In this document: one piece after another, positions 62,775 through 64,000 of the stretch | Layout of the letters: each line of letters opens with the position of its first letter | Numbering within the stretch: the first letter of the stretch is position 1 | Origin: Macrostomum lignano | Taxonomy: Eukaryota | DNA length: 64,000 nucleotides | NCBI GenBank assembly: GCA_002269645.1 | Contig: NIVC01000126.1 | Coordinates: forward strand, 310,001 to 374,000 | Direction: 5' to 3' | Program-made: the position numbers and the translations under genes | The notes under the pieces: model-generated | Told to the model about the DNA's origin: nothing | Databases searched by the model: none | The model's input: only the letters and a program-made list of their open reading frames with translations

Positions 62775-64000
62775 TTTGGGGATCTGTGATAGCAGACTGC
62801 TCAATTTGGGGATCTGTGATAGCAAACTGCTCAATTTGGGGATCTGTGATAGCAGACTGCTCAATTTGAGGATCTGTGATAGCAGACTGCTCAATTTGGG
62901 AATCTGTGATAGCAAACAGCTCAATTTGGGGATCTGTGATAGCAGACTGCTCAATTTGGAAATCTGTGATAGCAAACTGCTCAATTTGGGGATCTGTGAT
63001 AGCAGACTGCTCAATTTGGGAATCTGTGATAGCAAACTGCTCAATTTGGGGATCTGTGATAGCAGACTGCTCAATCTGGGGATCTGTGATAGCAAACAGC
63101 TCAATTTGGGGATCTGTGATAGCAGACTGCTCAATTTGGAAATCTGTGATAGCAAACTGCTCAATTTGGGGATCTGTGATAGCAGACTGCTCAATTTGGG
63201 AATCTGTGATAGCAAACTGCTCAATTTGGGGATCTGTTATAGCAGACTGCTCAATCTGGGGATCTGTGATAGCAGACTGCTCAATCTTGGGATCTGTGAT
63301 AGCAGACTGCTCAATCTGGGGATCTGTGATAGCAGACTGCTCAATCTGGGGATCTGTGATAGCAGACTGCTCAATCTGGGGATCTGTGATAGCAGACTGC
63401 TCAATTTGGGGATCTGTGATAGCAGACTGCTCAATCTGGGGATCTGTGATAGCAGACTGCTCAATTTGGGGATCTGTGATAGCAGACTGCTCAATCTGGG
63501 GATCTGTGATAGCAGACTGCTCAATTTGGGGATCTTTGAGAGCAACTGCTCAATTTGGGGATCTGTGATAGCAGACTGCTCAATTTGGGAATCTGTGATA
63601 GCAAACAGCTCAATTTGGGGATCTGTGATAGCAGACTGCTCAATTTGGAAATCTGTGATAGCAAACTGCTCAATTTGGGGATCTGTGATAGCAGACTGCT
63701 CAATTTGGGAATCTGTGATAGCAAACTGCTCAATTTGGGGATCTGTTATAGCAGACTGCTCAATCTGGGGATCTGTGATAGCAGACTGCTCAATCTTGGG
63801 ATCTGTGATAGCAGACTGCTCAATCTGGGGATCTGTGATAGCAGACTGCTCAATCTGGGGATCTGTGATAGCAGACTGCTCAATCTGGGGATCTGTGATA
63901 GCAGACTGCTCAATTTGGGGATCTGTGATAGCAGACTGCTCAATCTGGGGATCTGTGATAGCAGACTGCTCAATTTGGGGATCTGTGATAGCAGACTGCT
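62775..64000. repeat. 30-bp minisatellite (GGATCTGTGATAGCAGACTGCTCAATTTGG), runs off the window end
   Basis: About 41 tandem units. Confidence 0.97.

Overview
This is eukaryotic (metazoan) genomic DNA, not prokaryotic. The combination of GC-rich exons, AT-rich spacers and introns filled with minisatellites is reminiscent of the flatworm Macrostomum, but the organism is my inference. I could assemble six multi-exon genes with GT-AG junctions in phase: FAF2/UBXD8, metaxin-2, an MKK3/6-type MAP2K, an ankyrin-repeat gene, CSK and TMEM185. Two intact single-ORF Ty3/Gypsy (Mag-like) LTR retrotransposons are present, each with LTRs, PBS, PPT and a 5-bp TSD. The window also holds several nested non-autonomous DNA transposons (MULE-, CMC/EnSpm- and hAT-like), a decayed mariner, two tRNA-derived SINE families and about 20 different minisatellites. 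Main leads: (1) the LTR of the first Gypsy carries three perfect heat-shock elements upstream of its TATA box, in hsp70-like geometry; (2) 14 of 17 introns carry their own private minisatellite, and in three introns the unit is itself a splice-site module (YAG|GTRAG, or in register with the real donor); (3) the Gag start codon of the second Gypsy overlaps its tRNA primer-binding site; (4) five of six genes have an acceptor AG 2-15 nt before the ATG, suggestive of trans-splicing or operons. All annotation is by eye, with no database searches.
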